Shown: positions 18,503 through 30,104 of the stretch, piece after piece
Numbering within the stretch: position 1 is the stretch's first letter
How the letters are laid out: each line of letters starts with the position of its first letter
Assembly (NCBI GenBank): GCA_045648925.1
Contig: JAZROY010000004.1
Span: 74,913 to 138,912, forward strand
Length of the DNA: 64,000 bases
Direction of reading: 5' to 3'
Source: Candidatus Enterousia sp.
GTDB taxonomy: Bacteria; Pseudomonadota; Alphaproteobacteria; Rs-D84
Program-made: the position numbers and the translations under genes
Notes under the pieces: generated by a model
Told to the model about the DNA's origin: nothing
Databases searched by the model: none
The model's input: the letters and a program-made list of their open reading frames with translations, nothing else

Positions 18503-19567
18503 TTATTCCGTTTTCTTTAATTCTTCTTTGATATTTGATAATGAATTAGTTAATTCTCTTATCTTGCCGTAAAAGTCAGATTTACACAAATTTGCCGCAT
18601 ATTCCAATGCATGCGACCAGGCAAGTGCATCAGAATTTCCATGTGTTTTTATCGAAAATCCGTTAAGACCCAAAAATACCGCCCCAGCATAAGAACGTGG
18701 ATCTATTTTATTCTTTAACCTTTTGAACAAATGAATAAGGAAAAAGGTGCCAAGAATTGCCAACAGAGAACGTTTATAATTTGCCTTTACAATGCGGGAA
18801 ATTAATTTTGCGGTACCTTCTACTGTTTTTAACATTACATTGCCTGTAAAGCCATCTGTGACGACAACTTGAACCTTGCCCGATGTGACATCATTACCCT
18901 CAACAAAGCCAATGTATTCATAAGGCAATTCATCAATGTGTTCTGTCAAAACCTTATTCAATCTTTGCAGTGTGTCACTGCCCTTGGTATCTTCTTCGCC
19001 GATATTTAAAATACCAACGCGTGGACGTGTCATACCGCCGATGATTTCGGCATAGACACTGCCCAAAATTGAAAAATCAAACAAAATTTCTTCGTCACAT
19101 TGAACATTTGCACCTAAATCAAGCCCCACAACCCGGCTGTCCCCATCACCAGACGGCAACATCGTTGTTATCGCAGGTCTGGAAATTCCATCAACCGTTT
19201 TTAATGCCAATTTAGAAAGCGCCATTAAAACACCAGTATTTCCGGCAGACACAACCGCCGCAGAGTTTCCTTCGCGGACATCCTTAATCGCCATATACAT
19301 AGATGTCCCCTGGGCATGGCGGATAACATCGCGAATTTTATCGGTGCCAGAAATTACTTCATCAGCATTAATGATTTCGCAATTACGCGCGACACGCGGG
19401 AATTTCTTTAATAAATTGCGTAACTTTTGTTCTGGGCCAAAAACACGAAAGAAAGCGCTGTCTTCGCCATATTGATACAAAAACTGGTTCATACCACCAA
19501 ATACAGCAGTCGGGGCATGGTCGCCGCCCATTGCATCAATTGAAATAATTTTTTTGGTTTCTGCCAT
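18503..19567 (-). CDS. plsX: Phosphate acyltransferase PlsX
   Basis: MAETKKIISIDAMGGDHAP. Downstream of rpmF as usual. Confidence 0.9.
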   Translation of the reverse strand: MAETKKIISIDAMGGDHAPTAVFGGMNQFLYQYGEDSAFFRVFGPEQKLRNLLKKFPRVARNCEIINADEVISGTDKIRDVIRHAQGTSMYMAIKDVREGNSAAVVSAGNTGVLMALSKLALKTVDGISRPAITTMLPSGDGDSRVVGLDLGANVQCDEEILFDFSILGSVYAEIIGGMTRPRVGILNIGEEDTKGSDTLQRLNKVLTEHIDELPYEYIGFVEGNDVTSGKVQVVVTDGFTGNVMLKTVEGTAKLISRIVKANYKRSLLAILGTFFLIHLFKRLKNKIDPRSYAGAVFLGLNGFSIKTHGNSDALAWSHALEYAANLCKSDFYGKIRELTNSLSNIKEELKKTE

Positions 19568-19633
19568 CTTTCAATGTAAAAAGGGCAAGTGAAAATTCAC
19601 ACCCATGCCCTTTCTATCCCATATATCCCAAGA

Positions 19634-19783
19634 TTATTTTGAACCGCACGCAGGGCAAACATGATGTGGACGTTTCTTTTCGCCACATTTTTTGCATACC
19701 GACACAGGCATCACAGACAAAGCATCATGTGAACGACGTTGTGCAGAACGTGCTTTACTTGTTTTACTTTTTGGAGTTGCCAT
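19634..19783 (-). CDS. rpmF: 50S ribosomal protein L32
   Basis: Not in the ORF track (49 aa). Manual translation MATPKSKTSKARSAQRRSHDALSVMPVSVCKKCGEKKRPHHVCPACGSK*. Confidence 0.85.
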   Translation of the reverse strand: MATPKSKTSKARSAQRRSHDALSVMPVSVCKKCGEKKRPHHVCPACGSK

Positions 19784-19896
19784 TTTACAATCCTTTTATT
19801 TAACTTTTTCTATTCTATTCTTTTATCGCCCATTTGCAAGTAAAATTTTAAATGCCCAACATTTCACAAAAGTGATTTATTGGGCATTTGCATATT

Positions 19897-22800
19897 TTAT
19901 ATATCCAACAATTGTTGTTGTTTGCCACCTTCGCGGGCCAGTTTTTCCGCGCGTTCCTCTTCTTTTGCGATTTCACGAACGCGGCGAACATAGGCACCTG
20001 TTCCGATTGGTATCAATCGACCAACAATCAGGTTTTCATTTACACCGACCAATTTATCGGTTGAGCCACTGATTGCAGCATCTACCAACACCTTGGTTGT
20101 CTGTTGGAACGAAGCATTGGATATAAATGAACGCGAAGTCAATGATGCACGTGTCAAACCAACCAAAACCTGAGAAGCCGTAGCAACACGACCATTATCT
20201 TTGGCAACACGAGCATTTTCTTCTTCGAAATCAACACGGTCAACCACAGCACCACTAAGGAATGTTGTATCACCCGGATCGCTTATTTCTACACGACGCG
20301 TCATTTCACGTATCAATATTTCAATATGTTTATCGTTAATGGACACACCCTGTAAACGATAAACCTGTTGAACTTGTTCGACCATAAATTGTGCCAATGC
20401 TTTTTGACCCAAGATTCGCAAGATGTCTTGTGGCACAGGGTCACCATCAACCAATTTATCGGCTTTGCGAACAACATCGCCACTGCGAACCAATAGGTTA
20501 GTTCCCTTTGGCACAGCATATTCAACCGGTGCAGTTCCATCCGTTGGTTCAATGCGAATAATGATTTTAGATTTCGCATCTTCCAATTCAATTGTTCCAT
20601 CAATTTCTGCCAACAAAGCAGGATTCGCAGGACGGCGGATTTCCAACAGTTCTTCAACGCGTGGAAGTCCCCCAGTAATATCGCCTGTCTTTTTGGTTTG
20701 CACAGGGATACGCGCCAAAACATCACCCGCATGTATTTTGTCGCCATTAGACACATTTAATGTCGAATATGTTGGCAACAGATATTCTGCGATCTTTTTG
20801 CCACCCAATGATATCACATTACCCTTGTCATCAACCAATCTTATTGACGGATTTAATGCTTTCTTGGTATTTGTTTTCCAATTTATAACTTTGCGCGAAA
20901 CGATACCAGTAATTGCATCAACTTCTTCTTGGTAAGAAACATCTTCAATCAAATCATTGAACGAAACAATACCGTCTTTTTCCGCAATAATTGTATTGGA
21001 ATAAGGATCCCATTCCGCAACCTTTTGCCCCTTTTCAACAGTATCACCATCGTTAACCAGTAACATAGATGCATAAGGCAATGCGACCGAGAACAATTCT
21101 TTGCCGTCTTTATCTACAACACCAATCTTACCAGTACGCGACAACACAACCACACGACCAGCAGAATTTTTAATTGTGTTAACATTGTCCAACTTGATTT
21201 TTCCACCAACTGGCATTTCAATAAAGTGAGATTCAGAATTACCCTCTGCAATACCACCAATGTGGAAAGTACGCAAAGTCAACTGAGTTCCAGGTTCACC
21301 AATTGATTGACCAGCAATCAAACCGACCGCTTCACCAACATGAACCAGCGCATTTCTTGACAAATCCATACCATAACATTTTGCACATAAACCGTCACTT
21401 TGACAGGTCAACACACTGCGTACATCAACACTTGGCAAACCAGATTCATTGATTTGACGCGCAGCAGCCTTGGTTACCAATTCGCCTGCTTTCACGATAA
21501 CTTCCTTAGTAAGCGGATGAACAATGTCATGCGCTGCAGTGCGTCCCAAAACCACATCACCCAATGGAACAGACAATGTAGAACCTTGATATACTGGTTT
21601 CGCAGTAATAAATTCATGTGTTCCACAATCATGTTCTGTGATAACTGTGTTAATTGCCAAATCAACCAAACGACGCGTCAAATATCCAGCCGTAGCAGTC
21701 TTTAACGCAGTATCTGACATACCTTTACGCGCACCGTGGGTGGATGTAAAGTATTCAGACATGGTTAAACCTTCTTTAAAGTTCGAAATAATTGGAACCT
21801 CGATAATTGAACCGTCTGGTTTCTGCATCATACCACGCATACCTGCCAACTGCTGAATCTGCCCCTTGGATCCACGAGCACCTGACAAAGCCATCATATG
21901 TATGGAATTCCAATTATCACCTGTTGTATTACCAAGTGATGCGTATGCTTTATCACCCAATTCATCAGTTGTATGTTGCCACAAATCAATCAATTTATTA
22001 TGACGTTCACCACTGGAAAGCAAACCGTTTTGATATTGATTTTCGATTTCCGCTGCTGCTTTTTCAGATTTTTCAATGATTGATTCTTTGTCACTTGGCA
22101 CAACAATATCATCAAATCCGATTGAAATACCACTGCGTACAGCCTGTTCAAAACCAGTATCTTTTAATGCATCAGCCAATAAAATCATCGCTTTATCACC
22201 ACATTTTTCGTATGTAGCAGCCAACAATTTTCTGATTTCTTTCACTGGCATTACTTTGTTCACAGAATCAAAAGGCATACCATCTGGCAACAATTCACCC
22301 AATATCATACGACCAGCCGTGGTGGCATATTTTTTACCATTTACACGCGCATAAATTGGTGTATGCAAAGTGATTGTTTTGTTTTCCAAAGCCAATTTGA
22401 CTTCGTCCATATTCACGAATTTTGGTGATTTCTTTTCATCGTGTTCACCGTTTATCAAAGATATATAGTAAACACCCAACACCATGTCTTGGGAAGGAAC
22501 AGTCATTGGTTCACCATTTGCAGGCGACAACACATTATTCGTTGACAACATCAATGTGCGCGCTTCCAATTGTGCTTCCAAAGAAATAGGAACGTGCACA
22601 GACATCTGGTCGCCGTCAAAGTCCGCATTGAAACCTTTACAAACCAATGGATGTAAACGAATTGCCTTGCCTTCGATTAAAACCGGTTCAAACGCGATAA
22701 GTGACAATCTGTGCAAAGATGGCGCACGGTTTAACAACACAGGATGTTGATATATAACCTTTTCCAAAATTTCCCACACGATATCTTCGCCATTTTCAAC

Positions 22801-24003
22801 CATTTTGCGTGCTGTCTTTAAAGTATTAGCATAATCACCAGCCAATAATTTTGCATAAACAAATGGTTTAAATAATTCGAGTGCCATTGTTTTTGGTAAA
22901 CCAACCTGGTGCATGCGCAATGTTGGACCAGGTGTAATAACGCTTCGTCCAGAATAATCCACACGTTTACCCAACATATTCATACGGAAGCGACCTTGTT
23001 TACCGCGCAAAGAATCAGACAAAGATTTCAATGGACGACGGTTTTGTGAAACCATTGGACGTGCTTTGTGTCCATTATCAAATAATGAATCAACCGCTTC
23101 TTGTAACATGCGTTTTTCATTACGAACGATGATTTCAGGTGCGTGCATTTCCATAAATCTTTTCAAACGATTGTTACGAATAATTACACGACGATACAAA
23201 TCGTTCAAATCAGAAGCCGCAACATGACCCGCATCCAAATTTACCAATGGGCGCATATCTGGTGGAATAACCGGAATAATATCAGGCAACATCCATTGTG
23301 GTTCTGTTTTAGAATCTAAAAATGATTCAACCAATTTTAATTGTTTTATGATGGATTTGCGTTTTGCTTCGGATTTGGTTTCTGCCAATTCAGCGCGCAA
23401 ACGCGTTCTTTCATCACCCATGTCTAAATTTGCGATGATGGAACGAATACCTTCGGCACCAATACCAACATGGAAAGAATCTTCACCAAATTCTTCAACA
23501 GCTGCCTGGTATTCATCTTCACTGATAACATCATATTGTTTCAAACTGGTAAGACCTGGTTCTGTCACAATATATGCATCGTATGAAATAACCTGCTCTA
23601 ATTTCTTTTGTGGCAAATTGTTCAATAGTGTAGCAATTTTACCTTCGCGTAAAAACCAAGTATGCGCGACAGGAATCGCCAATTTAATATGCCCCATACG
23701 TTCACGACGCACAGCCGAAGACCCAACTTCGACACCGCAACGTTCGCAAACAACACCGCGGAATTTAATACGTTTATATTTTCCGCAAGCACATTCGTAA
23801 TCTTTGACCGGTCCAAAAATTTGCTGACAAAACAAACCTTCGGCTTCGGGTTTCAAGGAATGATAATTTATTGTTTCTGGCTTTTTCACTTCACCATGCG
23901 ACCAGGAAAGAATTTCTTCTGGGGACGCAATAGAAATACGCAAAGCATCAAATTGTTCCTTGGTTTCTATTTGTCCAAATATCTTTTGCAACATATTTGT
24001 CAT
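19897..24003 (-). CDS. rpoC: DNA-directed RNA polymerase beta' subunit
   Basis: 1368 aa. NADFDGDQM catalytic motif. Canonical position after rpoB. Confidence 0.97.
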   Translation of the reverse strand: MTNMLQKIFGQIETKEQFDALRISIASPEEILSWSHGEVKKPETINYHSLKPEAEGLFCQQIFGPVKDYECACGKYKRIKFRGVVCERCGVEVGSSAVRRERMGHIKLAIPVAHTWFLREGKIATLLNNLPQKKLEQVISYDAYIVTEPGLTSLKQYDVISEDEYQAAVEEFGEDSFHVGIGAEGIRSIIANLDMGDERTRLRAELAETKSEAKRKSIIKQLKLVESFLDSKTEPQWMLPDIIPVIPPDMRPLVNLDAGHVAASDLNDLYRRVIIRNNRLKRFMEMHAPEIIVRNEKRMLQEAVDSLFDNGHKARPMVSQNRRPLKSLSDSLRGKQGRFRMNMLGKRVDYSGRSVITPGPTLRMHQVGLPKTMALELFKPFVYAKLLAGDYANTLKTARKMVENGEDIVWEILEKVIYQHPVLLNRAPSLHRLSLIAFEPVLIEGKAIRLHPLVCKGFNADFDGDQMSVHVPISLEAQLEARTLMLSTNNVLSPANGEPMTVPSQDMVLGVYYISLINGEHDEKKSPKFVNMDEVKLALENKTITLHTPIYARVNGKKYATTAGRMILGELLPDGMPFDSVNKVMPVKEIRKLLAATYEKCGDKAMILLADALKDTGFEQAVRSGISIGFDDIVVPSDKESIIEKSEKAAAEIENQYQNGLLSSGERHNKLIDLWQHTTDELGDKAYASLGNTTGDNWNSIHMMALSGARGSKGQIQQLAGMRGMMQKPDGSIIEVPIISNFKEGLTMSEYFTSTHGARKGMSDTALKTATAGYLTRRLVDLAINTVITEHDCGTHEFITAKPVYQGSTLSVPLGDVVLGRTAAHDIVHPLTKEVIVKAGELVTKAAARQINESGLPSVDVRSVLTCQSDGLCAKCYGMDLSRNALVHVGEAVGLIAGQSIGEPGTQLTLRTFHIGGIAEGNSESHFIEMPVGGKIKLDNVNTIKNSAGRVVVLSRTGKIGVVDKDGKELFSVALPYASMLLVNDGDTVEKGQKVAEWDPYSNTIIAEKDGIVSFNDLIEDVSYQEEVDAITGIVSRKVINWKTNTKKALNPSIRLVDDKGNVISLGGKKIAEYLLPTYSTLNVSNGDKIHAGDVLARIPVQTKKTGDITGGLPRVEELLEIRRPANPALLAEIDGTIELEDAKSKIIIRIEPTDGTAPVEYAVPKGTNLLVRSGDVVRKADKLVDGDPVPQDILRILGQKALAQFMVEQVQQVYRLQGVSINDKHIEILIREMTRRVEISDPGDTTFLSGAVVDRVDFEEENARVAKDNGRVATASQVLVGLTRASLTSRSFISNASFQQTTKVLVDAAISGSTDKLVGVNENLIVGRLIPIGTGAYVRRVREIAKEEERAEKLAREGGKQQQLLDI

Positions 24004-24039
24004 TTGTTTTTGCTCCTTTTAAGTCACTAAAAGTGCCTT

Positions 24040-24080
24040 GTGGCCGGCGGGTGATTTTGCTCACCCGATGGCCCGGCCAC
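24040..24080. promoter_or_regulatory. GC-rich bulged hairpin filling the rpoB-rpoC intergenic spacer
   Basis: gtggccggcgggtga-ttttgc-tcacccgatggcccggccac. The right arm abuts the rpoB TAG stop (24080-82), and the rpoC Shine-Dalgarno aaaaggag follows on the mRNA strand. Confidence 0.6.
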
Positions 24081-27000
24081 TAGTCCATTTTTTTCGGGTT
24101 TAACGCCAAACCGAGTCCGCGCAATTCACGCACAAGCACGTTAAATGCTTCTGGTGTTCCCATTTGAATATCGTTGTTTCCAGAAATAATTGCTTCATAC
24201 ATCTTATTTCTTCCAACGATATCGTCAGATTTAACCGTCAACATTTCGCGCAACAGGTGTGCTGCACCGTGTGCTTCCAATGCCCAAACTTCCATTTCTC
24301 CAAGTCGCTGACCACCCATGTGTGCCTTTCCAGACAATGGTTGTTGTGTGACCAGAGAATAATTACCGGTTGAACGTGCATGAATCTTTTCGTCCACCAA
24401 ATGATGCAACTTCATCATATACATCACACCAACAGTCACAGGACGGGCAAATTTTTCACCAGTAACACCATCATACAATGTGAATTGTCCAGATTCTGGT
24501 AATTTAGCCAATTTCAACATTGATTTGATTTCAGCCGGTGTTGCACCATCAAATGTTGGTGTTGCCATTGGAACACCGTCACGCAAAAGTGCTGCCTCTG
24601 CACGAACATCTGTATCTGTCATTTTTTCTAATTTCTCAGCAACTGCTTTGCCATAGATTTTACCCATCACGGCACGCAAATCATCCGTTACTGCACGTTT
24701 CTGTTTTACTTCGTCCAGCACATCACCGATTTGTTTACCCAATGCTCTTGCTGCCATCCCAAGGTGAGTTTCAAATATCTGACCGATATTCATACGGCTT
24801 GGCACACCCAATGGATTCAAAACGATATCAACAGGTGTTCCATCTTCCATATGTGGCATATCTTCGATTGGAACAACACGAGATACAATACCTTTGTTTC
24901 CGTGACGACCAGCCATTTTATCACCAGGCTGCAGTTTCATTTTATGTGCGATATACACTTTGACTTCTTTTAAAACGCCCGCAGCCAAAGATGTGCTTTC
25001 GGTTGCCTTGGCAATTTCAGCATCAGCACGTTCGTTCAATTCTTGCAATTTCAAAACATGTTGTTCACGCAATTCATCAATCTTTGATTGAATTTCCTTA
25101 TTAGAAACAACCAGTTTTTTCATGTCAGACGCACGAATACCTTCGAATACTTCGGCGGTTAATTTCTTACCAATAAATGGTTTCAAACTACCGGTTCCTG
25201 CGGAAACAGTTGCGTTTTCAGCCAATTGGAATATTTGATCTGCAAAACCTTTTTCAACAATAGCTGTTTCTTCATCACGATCTTTGTTGATTTTTTCAAT
25301 TTTTTGCAATTCAATCATCTGTGTTCTTTCGTCTTTTTTGACACCATGTCTTGTCAAAACATTAACACCGATAACAGTTCCTTCTTCGTTTGGCCCGACC
25401 TTTAACGAAGTGTCTTTGACATTCAATGCCTTTTCACCAAAGATGTTACGCAACAATGCTTCTTCTGGGGTCAATAATGTTTCAGATTTTGGCGAAACAC
25501 GACCAACCAAAATATCACCCTGCTTTACGCGCGCACCAACATAAATCATACCAGATTCATCCAAATTTTTAAGTGCTTCTTCACCAACATTTGGAATGTC
25601 ACGGGTAAAACTTTCTGGTCCCAATTGTGTATCACGCAATTTGATTTCTTTTTCAACAATCTTGATAGATGTGTAAACATCATCACGAGAAATGCGTTCA
25701 GAAATCACAATAGCATCTTCATAGTTATATCCACGCCATGGCACAAAAGCAACCAAGACATTGCGACCCAATGCCAATTCACCATAATTCATTGATGAAC
25801 CGTCTGCGATGATATCACCTGCGGAAATTCTGTCGCCAACATGAACAAGCGGTTTTTGATGAACCAATGTTTCACCGTTCGAACGACCAAATTTTTCAAG
25901 GTTGTAAATATCAACACCTGTCACAACATTACGTGAATTCATACATTTAACCACAATACGATTTGCATCAACAGATTCAACGATACCGCTGTGTTTTGCA
26001 ACCTTACCTGTTCTTGAATCACGCGCAACTTCGCGTTCGATACCGGTTCCAACCAATGGTGCTTCTACACGCATCAATGGGACACCTTGACGTTGCATGT
26101 TTGAACCCATCAAAGCACGGTTCGCGTCATCGTTCGCAACAAATGGAATTAATCCAGTTGCAATGGACACAACCTGACGAGGTGCCACGTCAATTAAATC
26201 AATTTCGCCCTTTGGCACCATAACGAATTCGCCATCTACACGCGCAGTTACCATATCTTCTGCCAAAACACCAGATGAAGTTGTTGGTGTGTTCCCTTGG
26301 GCAATTTTGTGACCCAATTCTTCATCAGCAGTTAAATACACCATTTCATCTGTGATTTTACTGTTTTTAACAACATAGTATGGTGTTTCAATAAATCCGT
26401 ATGGATTAACACGTGCATATGCAGACAAGTGTGAAATCAAACCAATATTTGCACCTTCGGGTGTATGAATTGGACACAATCTTCCATAGTGCGTTGGATG
26501 CACGTCACGTACATCAATCCCAGCGCGTTCACGATTCAATCCACCAGGCCCCAATGCAGATACAAGACGTTTATGTTCAACCTCTGCCAATGGGTTATAA
26601 GAATCCATAAACTGAGATAATTGTGAAGTTCCCAAGAATTCAGAAACCAAAGACATCAATGGTTTTGCATTGATAACATCTTGGGGTTGCATAGTTGCAA
26701 TATTTGGCGAAGTCAAACTTTCACGAACCAATCTTTCAATACGCAACATACCTGTGCGGAAAGTTTGTTCAAACAATTCACCAACTGCACGTACACGACG
26801 ATTAGACAAATTATCAATATCATCGATTACATCTTTGTGATCGATGATGTTTGTCAATGTCTTTAACACAGCCAGGAAATCTGCCTTGGTCAAAGTGCGT
26901 TCATCTTCTGGTTTTTTGCCAGAATCTATTTTCAAACGTTTGTTCATTTTGAAACGACCAACCGCAGACAAATCGTAATACGCAGGGTCAAAACCTTGAC

Positions 27001-28150
27001 GCAAGAACAAATTCAATGCTGCCTCGACAGTTGGTCTTTCACCTGGACGAATCAAATCATAGATAGCAATCAATGCTTCTTCGCGATTTGATGTTTTATC
27101 TGCCATCAAAGTATTGCGCATATGTGCAGTAATTGTAGTGTTATCAATCGCAATCAAAGAAATATTTTTAACACCCAATTTTTCCAATTCGTTTAATACT
27201 TCTTCGGTGATTTCTGTTCCCTCACTAAACAAAACATCATCGCCATTTTTCACAGCACTGAACAAATATTCACCAATCAAAGAATCACGTTCCACACCAA
27301 ACTTTTTGGATACAGATGCGATTTTTGACAAACGTTTAGCATTTAAACGATCACCCTTTGATGCCAAAGCTTTTTTATCTTTTGGGTTAATCAAATCATA
27401 ATTCAAACGATATTTTTCCAAACCTTCAAAGCAAGAAACATCACCAACCCACAATTTGCCATCAAAAGACAATGGGATTTGTTTATAAAACGCGCCCAGA
27501 ATTTCTTCGCCACTCATACCGACAATGTTTGCCTTGCGTGGGTCCGCAGCAAATTTCTTTTCTTCGCCAGCCGCTGGCAAACAACGCAACAAAACTGTCG
27601 CAGGTATCTTGCGTCTGCGGTCAATACGAACATAAATAATTCCTTTGGATTCTTCGAAATCAATCCATGAACCATGTTCTGGGATTATACGACCAGTATA
27701 AGTTTCCGGATTGCCGGCAATTTTTGCTTCTTTTGTTGTTCCAAAAACAACACCTTGGGCGCGATGCATTTGCGATACAACGACACGTTCCACACCAGCC
27801 GCGATAAAACTTCCACGCTCTGTCATCAACGGAACATCGCCCATAAATATTTCTTGTTCTTTGATATCGCGCAAAGTTTTTTTACCATCTTCTGCGATAT
27901 CCCATAATATCAATCTCAGCTTCAATTTCAGTTTGCTGGAATAAGTCAAATTACGCAGCATACATTCTTGAACATTATATACAGGTTTATCCAATGTATA
28001 TTCAATAAATTCCAAATCCGCAATTCCGGCATAATCTTTAATTGGGAACATAGATTTGAACACATTTTGCAGACCCATATTTTTTCTATTTTCTGGGGCC
28101 ACATCTGCCTGTAAGAAATCTCTGTAAGAATTGTACTGAATTTCAACCAA
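24080..28150 (-). CDS. rpoB: DNA-directed RNA polymerase beta subunit (as ORF-tracked from TTG; the conserved N-terminus continues upstream to ATG 28216 but is interrupted by an in-frame TAA at 28166-28168)
   Basis: 1356 aa in the ORF track. Upstream in the same frame: ATG(28216) MAIIQELRKSFGKSFL-TAA-TPLPDLVEIQYNSY, which is the conserved rpoB N-terminal RKSFGK...P.L.EIQ motif. Confidence 0.9.
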   Translation of the reverse strand: MVEIQYNSYRDFLQADVAPENRKNMGLQNVFKSMFPIKDYAGIADLEFIEYTLDKPVYNVQECMLRNLTYSSKLKLKLRLILWDIAEDGKKTLRDIKEQEIFMGDVPLMTERGSFIAAGVERVVVSQMHRAQGVVFGTTKEAKIAGNPETYTGRIIPEHGSWIDFEESKGIIYVRIDRRRKIPATVLLRCLPAAGEEKKFAADPRKANIVGMSGEEILGAFYKQIPLSFDGKLWVGDVSCFEGLEKYRLNYDLINPKDKKALASKGDRLNAKRLSKIASVSKKFGVERDSLIGEYLFSAVKNGDDVLFSEGTEITEEVLNELEKLGVKNISLIAIDNTTITAHMRNTLMADKTSNREEALIAIYDLIRPGERPTVEAALNLFLRQGFDPAYYDLSAVGRFKMNKRLKIDSGKKPEDERTLTKADFLAVLKTLTNIIDHKDVIDDIDNLSNRRVRAVGELFEQTFRTGMLRIERLVRESLTSPNIATMQPQDVINAKPLMSLVSEFLGTSQLSQFMDSYNPLAEVEHKRLVSALGPGGLNRERAGIDVRDVHPTHYGRLCPIHTPEGANIGLISHLSAYARVNPYGFIETPYYVVKNSKITDEMVYLTADEELGHKIAQGNTPTTSSGVLAEDMVTARVDGEFVMVPKGEIDLIDVAPRQVVSIATGLIPFVANDDANRALMGSNMQRQGVPLMRVEAPLVGTGIEREVARDSRTGKVAKHSGIVESVDANRIVVKCMNSRNVVTGVDIYNLEKFGRSNGETLVHQKPLVHVGDRISAGDIIADGSSMNYGELALGRNVLVAFVPWRGYNYEDAIVISERISRDDVYTSIKIVEKEIKLRDTQLGPESFTRDIPNVGEEALKNLDESGMIYVGARVKQGDILVGRVSPKSETLLTPEEALLRNIFGEKALNVKDTSLKVGPNEEGTVIGVNVLTRHGVKKDERTQMIELQKIEKINKDRDEETAIVEKGFADQIFQLAENATVSAGTGSLKPFIGKKLTAEVFEGIRASDMKKLVVSNKEIQSKIDELREQHVLKLQELNERADAEIAKATESTSLAAGVLKEVKVYIAHKMKLQPGDKMAGRHGNKGIVSRVVPIEDMPHMEDGTPVDIVLNPLGVPSRMNIGQIFETHLGMAARALGKQIGDVLDEVKQKRAVTDDLRAVMGKIYGKAVAEKLEKMTDTDVRAEAALLRDGVPMATPTFDGATPAEIKSMLKLAKLPESGQFTLYDGVTGEKFARPVTVGVMYMMKLHHLVDEKIHARSTGNYSLVTQQPLSGKAHMGGQRLGEMEVWALEAHGAAHLLREMLTVKSDDIVGRNKMYEAIISGNNDIQMGTPEAFNVLVRELRGLGLALNPKKMD

Positions 28151-28280
28151 ATCAGGAAGCGGAGTTTACAAAAAACTTTTACCAAAAGATTTTCTAAGTT
28201 CCTGGATAATTGCCATTTTCTGAACCCTTTTATTCTTCTGTTTTTTTATTTTGCAAACGAAAAAAGTTTATCACCTTTTT

Positions 28281-28312
28281 ACGCCTGTGTGCCCGCCACA
28301 GATTTTTTCAAT
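28281..28312 (-). terminator. rplL-rpoB intergenic attenuator/partial terminator hairpin
   Basis: gcccgccacagattttttcaatcttggcgggc in the 165-bp rplL-rpoB spacer. A partial terminator is established at this position in the rplKAJL-rpoBC operon. Confidence 0.5.
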
Positions 28313-28380
28313 CTTGGCGGGCGGCGAAATTGCATTAGATGCAATTTGATTTTTCGGAATCTTTTGATTCCAAGTAGAAA

Positions 28381-28749
28381 TTATTTCATTTCTACTTTTG
28401 CGCCAGCTGCTTCTAATGTTGCTTTCATTTTTTCAGCTTCATCTTTTGCAACTGCTTCTTTAACAGCTTTTGGTGCAGATTCGACCAAAGCCTTGGCTTC
28501 GCCCAAACCTAAACCAGTGATGTCTTTGACAGCTTTGATAACAGCCAATTTGTTTGCGCCTGCTTCTGCCAAGATAACATCAAATTCTGTTTTTTCTTCT
28601 GCCGCAGCACCGGCCGCTGGACCCGCAGCAACTGCAACAGCCGCAGCAGCGCTTACGCCCCATGTTTCTTCCAATGCTTTTGATAATTCAACTGCTTCTT
28701 GAACAGTCAATTTTGACAATTCTTCAACTATTTTTTGAATATCTGCCAT
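28381..28749 (-). CDS. rplL: 50S ribosomal protein L7/L12
   Basis: [32 protein letters not shown]..., Ala-rich hinge. Confidence 0.95.
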   Translation of the reverse strand: MADIQKIVEELSKLTVQEAVELSKALEETWGVSAAAAVAVAAGPAAGAAAEEKTEFDVILAEAGANKLAVIKAVKDITGLGLGEAKALVESAPKAVKEAVAKDEAEKMKATLEAAGAKVEMK

Positions 28750-28771
28750 TTTTTACTCCTTATTGAGTTTA

Positions 28772-29251
28772 TTAATTTTGTTTTTTTCCATACTCTGCTG
28801 AAACACGTGCCAAACGTGATGCTGGCTCTATCAATATACGTGCGATAGTTCCACGAATTTCAAGCAATGATGGAAGCTTGGATAATTGCACAATGCCGTT
28901 CACATCCAGAAGTTCTGCATCCATTTTACCACCAACGATGGTCAATTTTTGATGTTCTTCGGCAAATTTTGCCAAAACTTTGGTCACAGCCAACGCATCA
29001 GTTGCCACAGCAACCGCAGTTGGATGTTTCATCAAATCGGATACAGCTTCAAAATTGGTATCTTTTAATGCCAATTTCATCAAACGGTTTTTGACAACTT
29101 TGAAAACGGACACCTTGTCACGCAATTCATTACGCAGGCCTTCCATTTCTTTTACTGTCAAACCATGGTTTTCAACGACGAAAACACCGTCTGCTTCTTT
29201 CAAGGACGACTGCAACGCTGAAATCAAATCTGATTTTTCTTCGCGTCTCAT
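28772..29251 (-). CDS. rplJ: 50S ribosomal protein L10
   Basis: Start placed at the internal ATG 29251 (MRREEKSDLISALQ...) preceded by aagga. The ORF-track N-terminal extension is probably leader sequence. Confidence 0.85.
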   Translation of the reverse strand: MRREEKSDLISALQSSLKEADGVFVVENHGLTVKEMEGLRNELRDKVSVFKVVKNRLMKLALKDTNFEAVSDLMKHPTAVAVATDALAVTKVLAKFAEEHQKLTIVGGKMDAELLDVNGIVQLSKLPSLLEIRGTIARILIEPASRLARVSAEYGKKQN

Positions 29252-29426
29252 TTTTATATATCCTTTTAAGCTTTTTGTTAACTTTCCATCTGTGGTTTCC
29301 CACGGGTGGGGCTTTGTTTTCTGCCCCAAAGAATTTTTCTTTGTCTATGATGGGAATTAAGTGATTTTCTTCACACCATCAGTCTCGGACAGAAATCTTT
29401 TGTTATGGTGGGGGGCCCACCATAAA
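29252..29426 (-). promoter_or_regulatory. rplJ (L10) leader region with GC-rich hairpins
   Basis: Hairpins cccacgggtggg, ggggc-N10-gcccc and atggtggggggcccaccat in an otherwise AT-rich 175-bp leader between rplA and rplJ. The L10(L12)4 autoregulatory leader is established at this position. Confidence 0.5.
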
Positions 29427-30101
29427 TTATTTTACTTCGACCTTTAAACCTGGGCCTTGGGTCGTAGCAACACTGCACCCAAGGATATATTGACCCTTGG
29501 TGGACGCAGGTTTAACTTTTTTCAATTGTTCAATCAATGCGTTTGCATTTTCGACCAATTTATCCGTTGCGAAAGACATTTTACCAATGCCAGCGTGGAT
29601 AATACCTTTCTTTTCAGCACGGTATTCAATTTGTCCCGCTTTGGCATTTGCAATTGCTTCGGCTACATTGTTTGTGACAGTACCTAATTTTGGATTTGGC
29701 ATCAAACCTTTTGGTCCCAAAACACGTGCAACCTTGGACATCTTTGGCATCATATCAGGTGTTGCGATAACACGATCAAAATCCAAAAATCCATTTGCAA
29801 CTTTTTCAATCAATTCTTCGCCACCAACAACATCAGCGCCAGCTTTTTTTGCTTCGTCTTGGCTGTTGACTGTGAACACAGCAACACGAACTTTTTTACC
29901 AGTTCCATTTGGCAAAGACAACATACCACGAATATTTTGGTCTGCTTTTGTAACATCAATACCTAATTTAACAGCAATTTCCAAACTTTCATCGAATTTC
30001 TTAGAACAAAAACCGCGCAAAGTTTCGATTGCTTCATTTAATGTATAAACTTTCTTTGGGTCTAATGTGGACCAAGTTTGTTTTCTTTTTGTAACTTTCA
30101 T
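29427..30101 (-). CDS. rplA: 50S ribosomal protein L1
   Basis: 224 aa, canonical L1 sequence and position. Confidence 0.95.
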   Translation of the reverse strand: MKVTKRKQTWSTLDPKKVYTLNEAIETLRGFCSKKFDESLEIAVKLGIDVTKADQNIRGMLSLPNGTGKKVRVAVFTVNSQDEAKKAGADVVGGEELIEKVANGFLDFDRVIATPDMMPKMSKVARVLGPKGLMPNPKLGTVTNNVAEAIANAKAGQIEYRAEKKGIIHAGIGKMSFATDKLVENANALIEQLKKVKPASTKGQYILGCSVATTQGPGLKVEVK

Positions 30102-30104
30102 GAC

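Noticed and set aside
20423-23800. Many 60-170 aa ORFs antisense to, or out of frame within, rpoC and rpoB (for example 20423-20935, 23348-23800, 24538-24963)
   Set aside because: Nested in strongly supported essential genes, with no Shine-Dalgarno sequences. Chance ORFs.
28772-29329. N-terminal extensions in ORF-track calls. Examples: rplJ 185 aa here, secE 80 aa, pyrG 566 aa, rmuC 327 aa, truA 259 aa, pyk 464 aa
   Set aside because: In each case an internal ATG with a proper Shine-Dalgarno gives the canonical N-terminus. The upstream extension has no Shine-Dalgarno and runs into leader or intergenic sequence.
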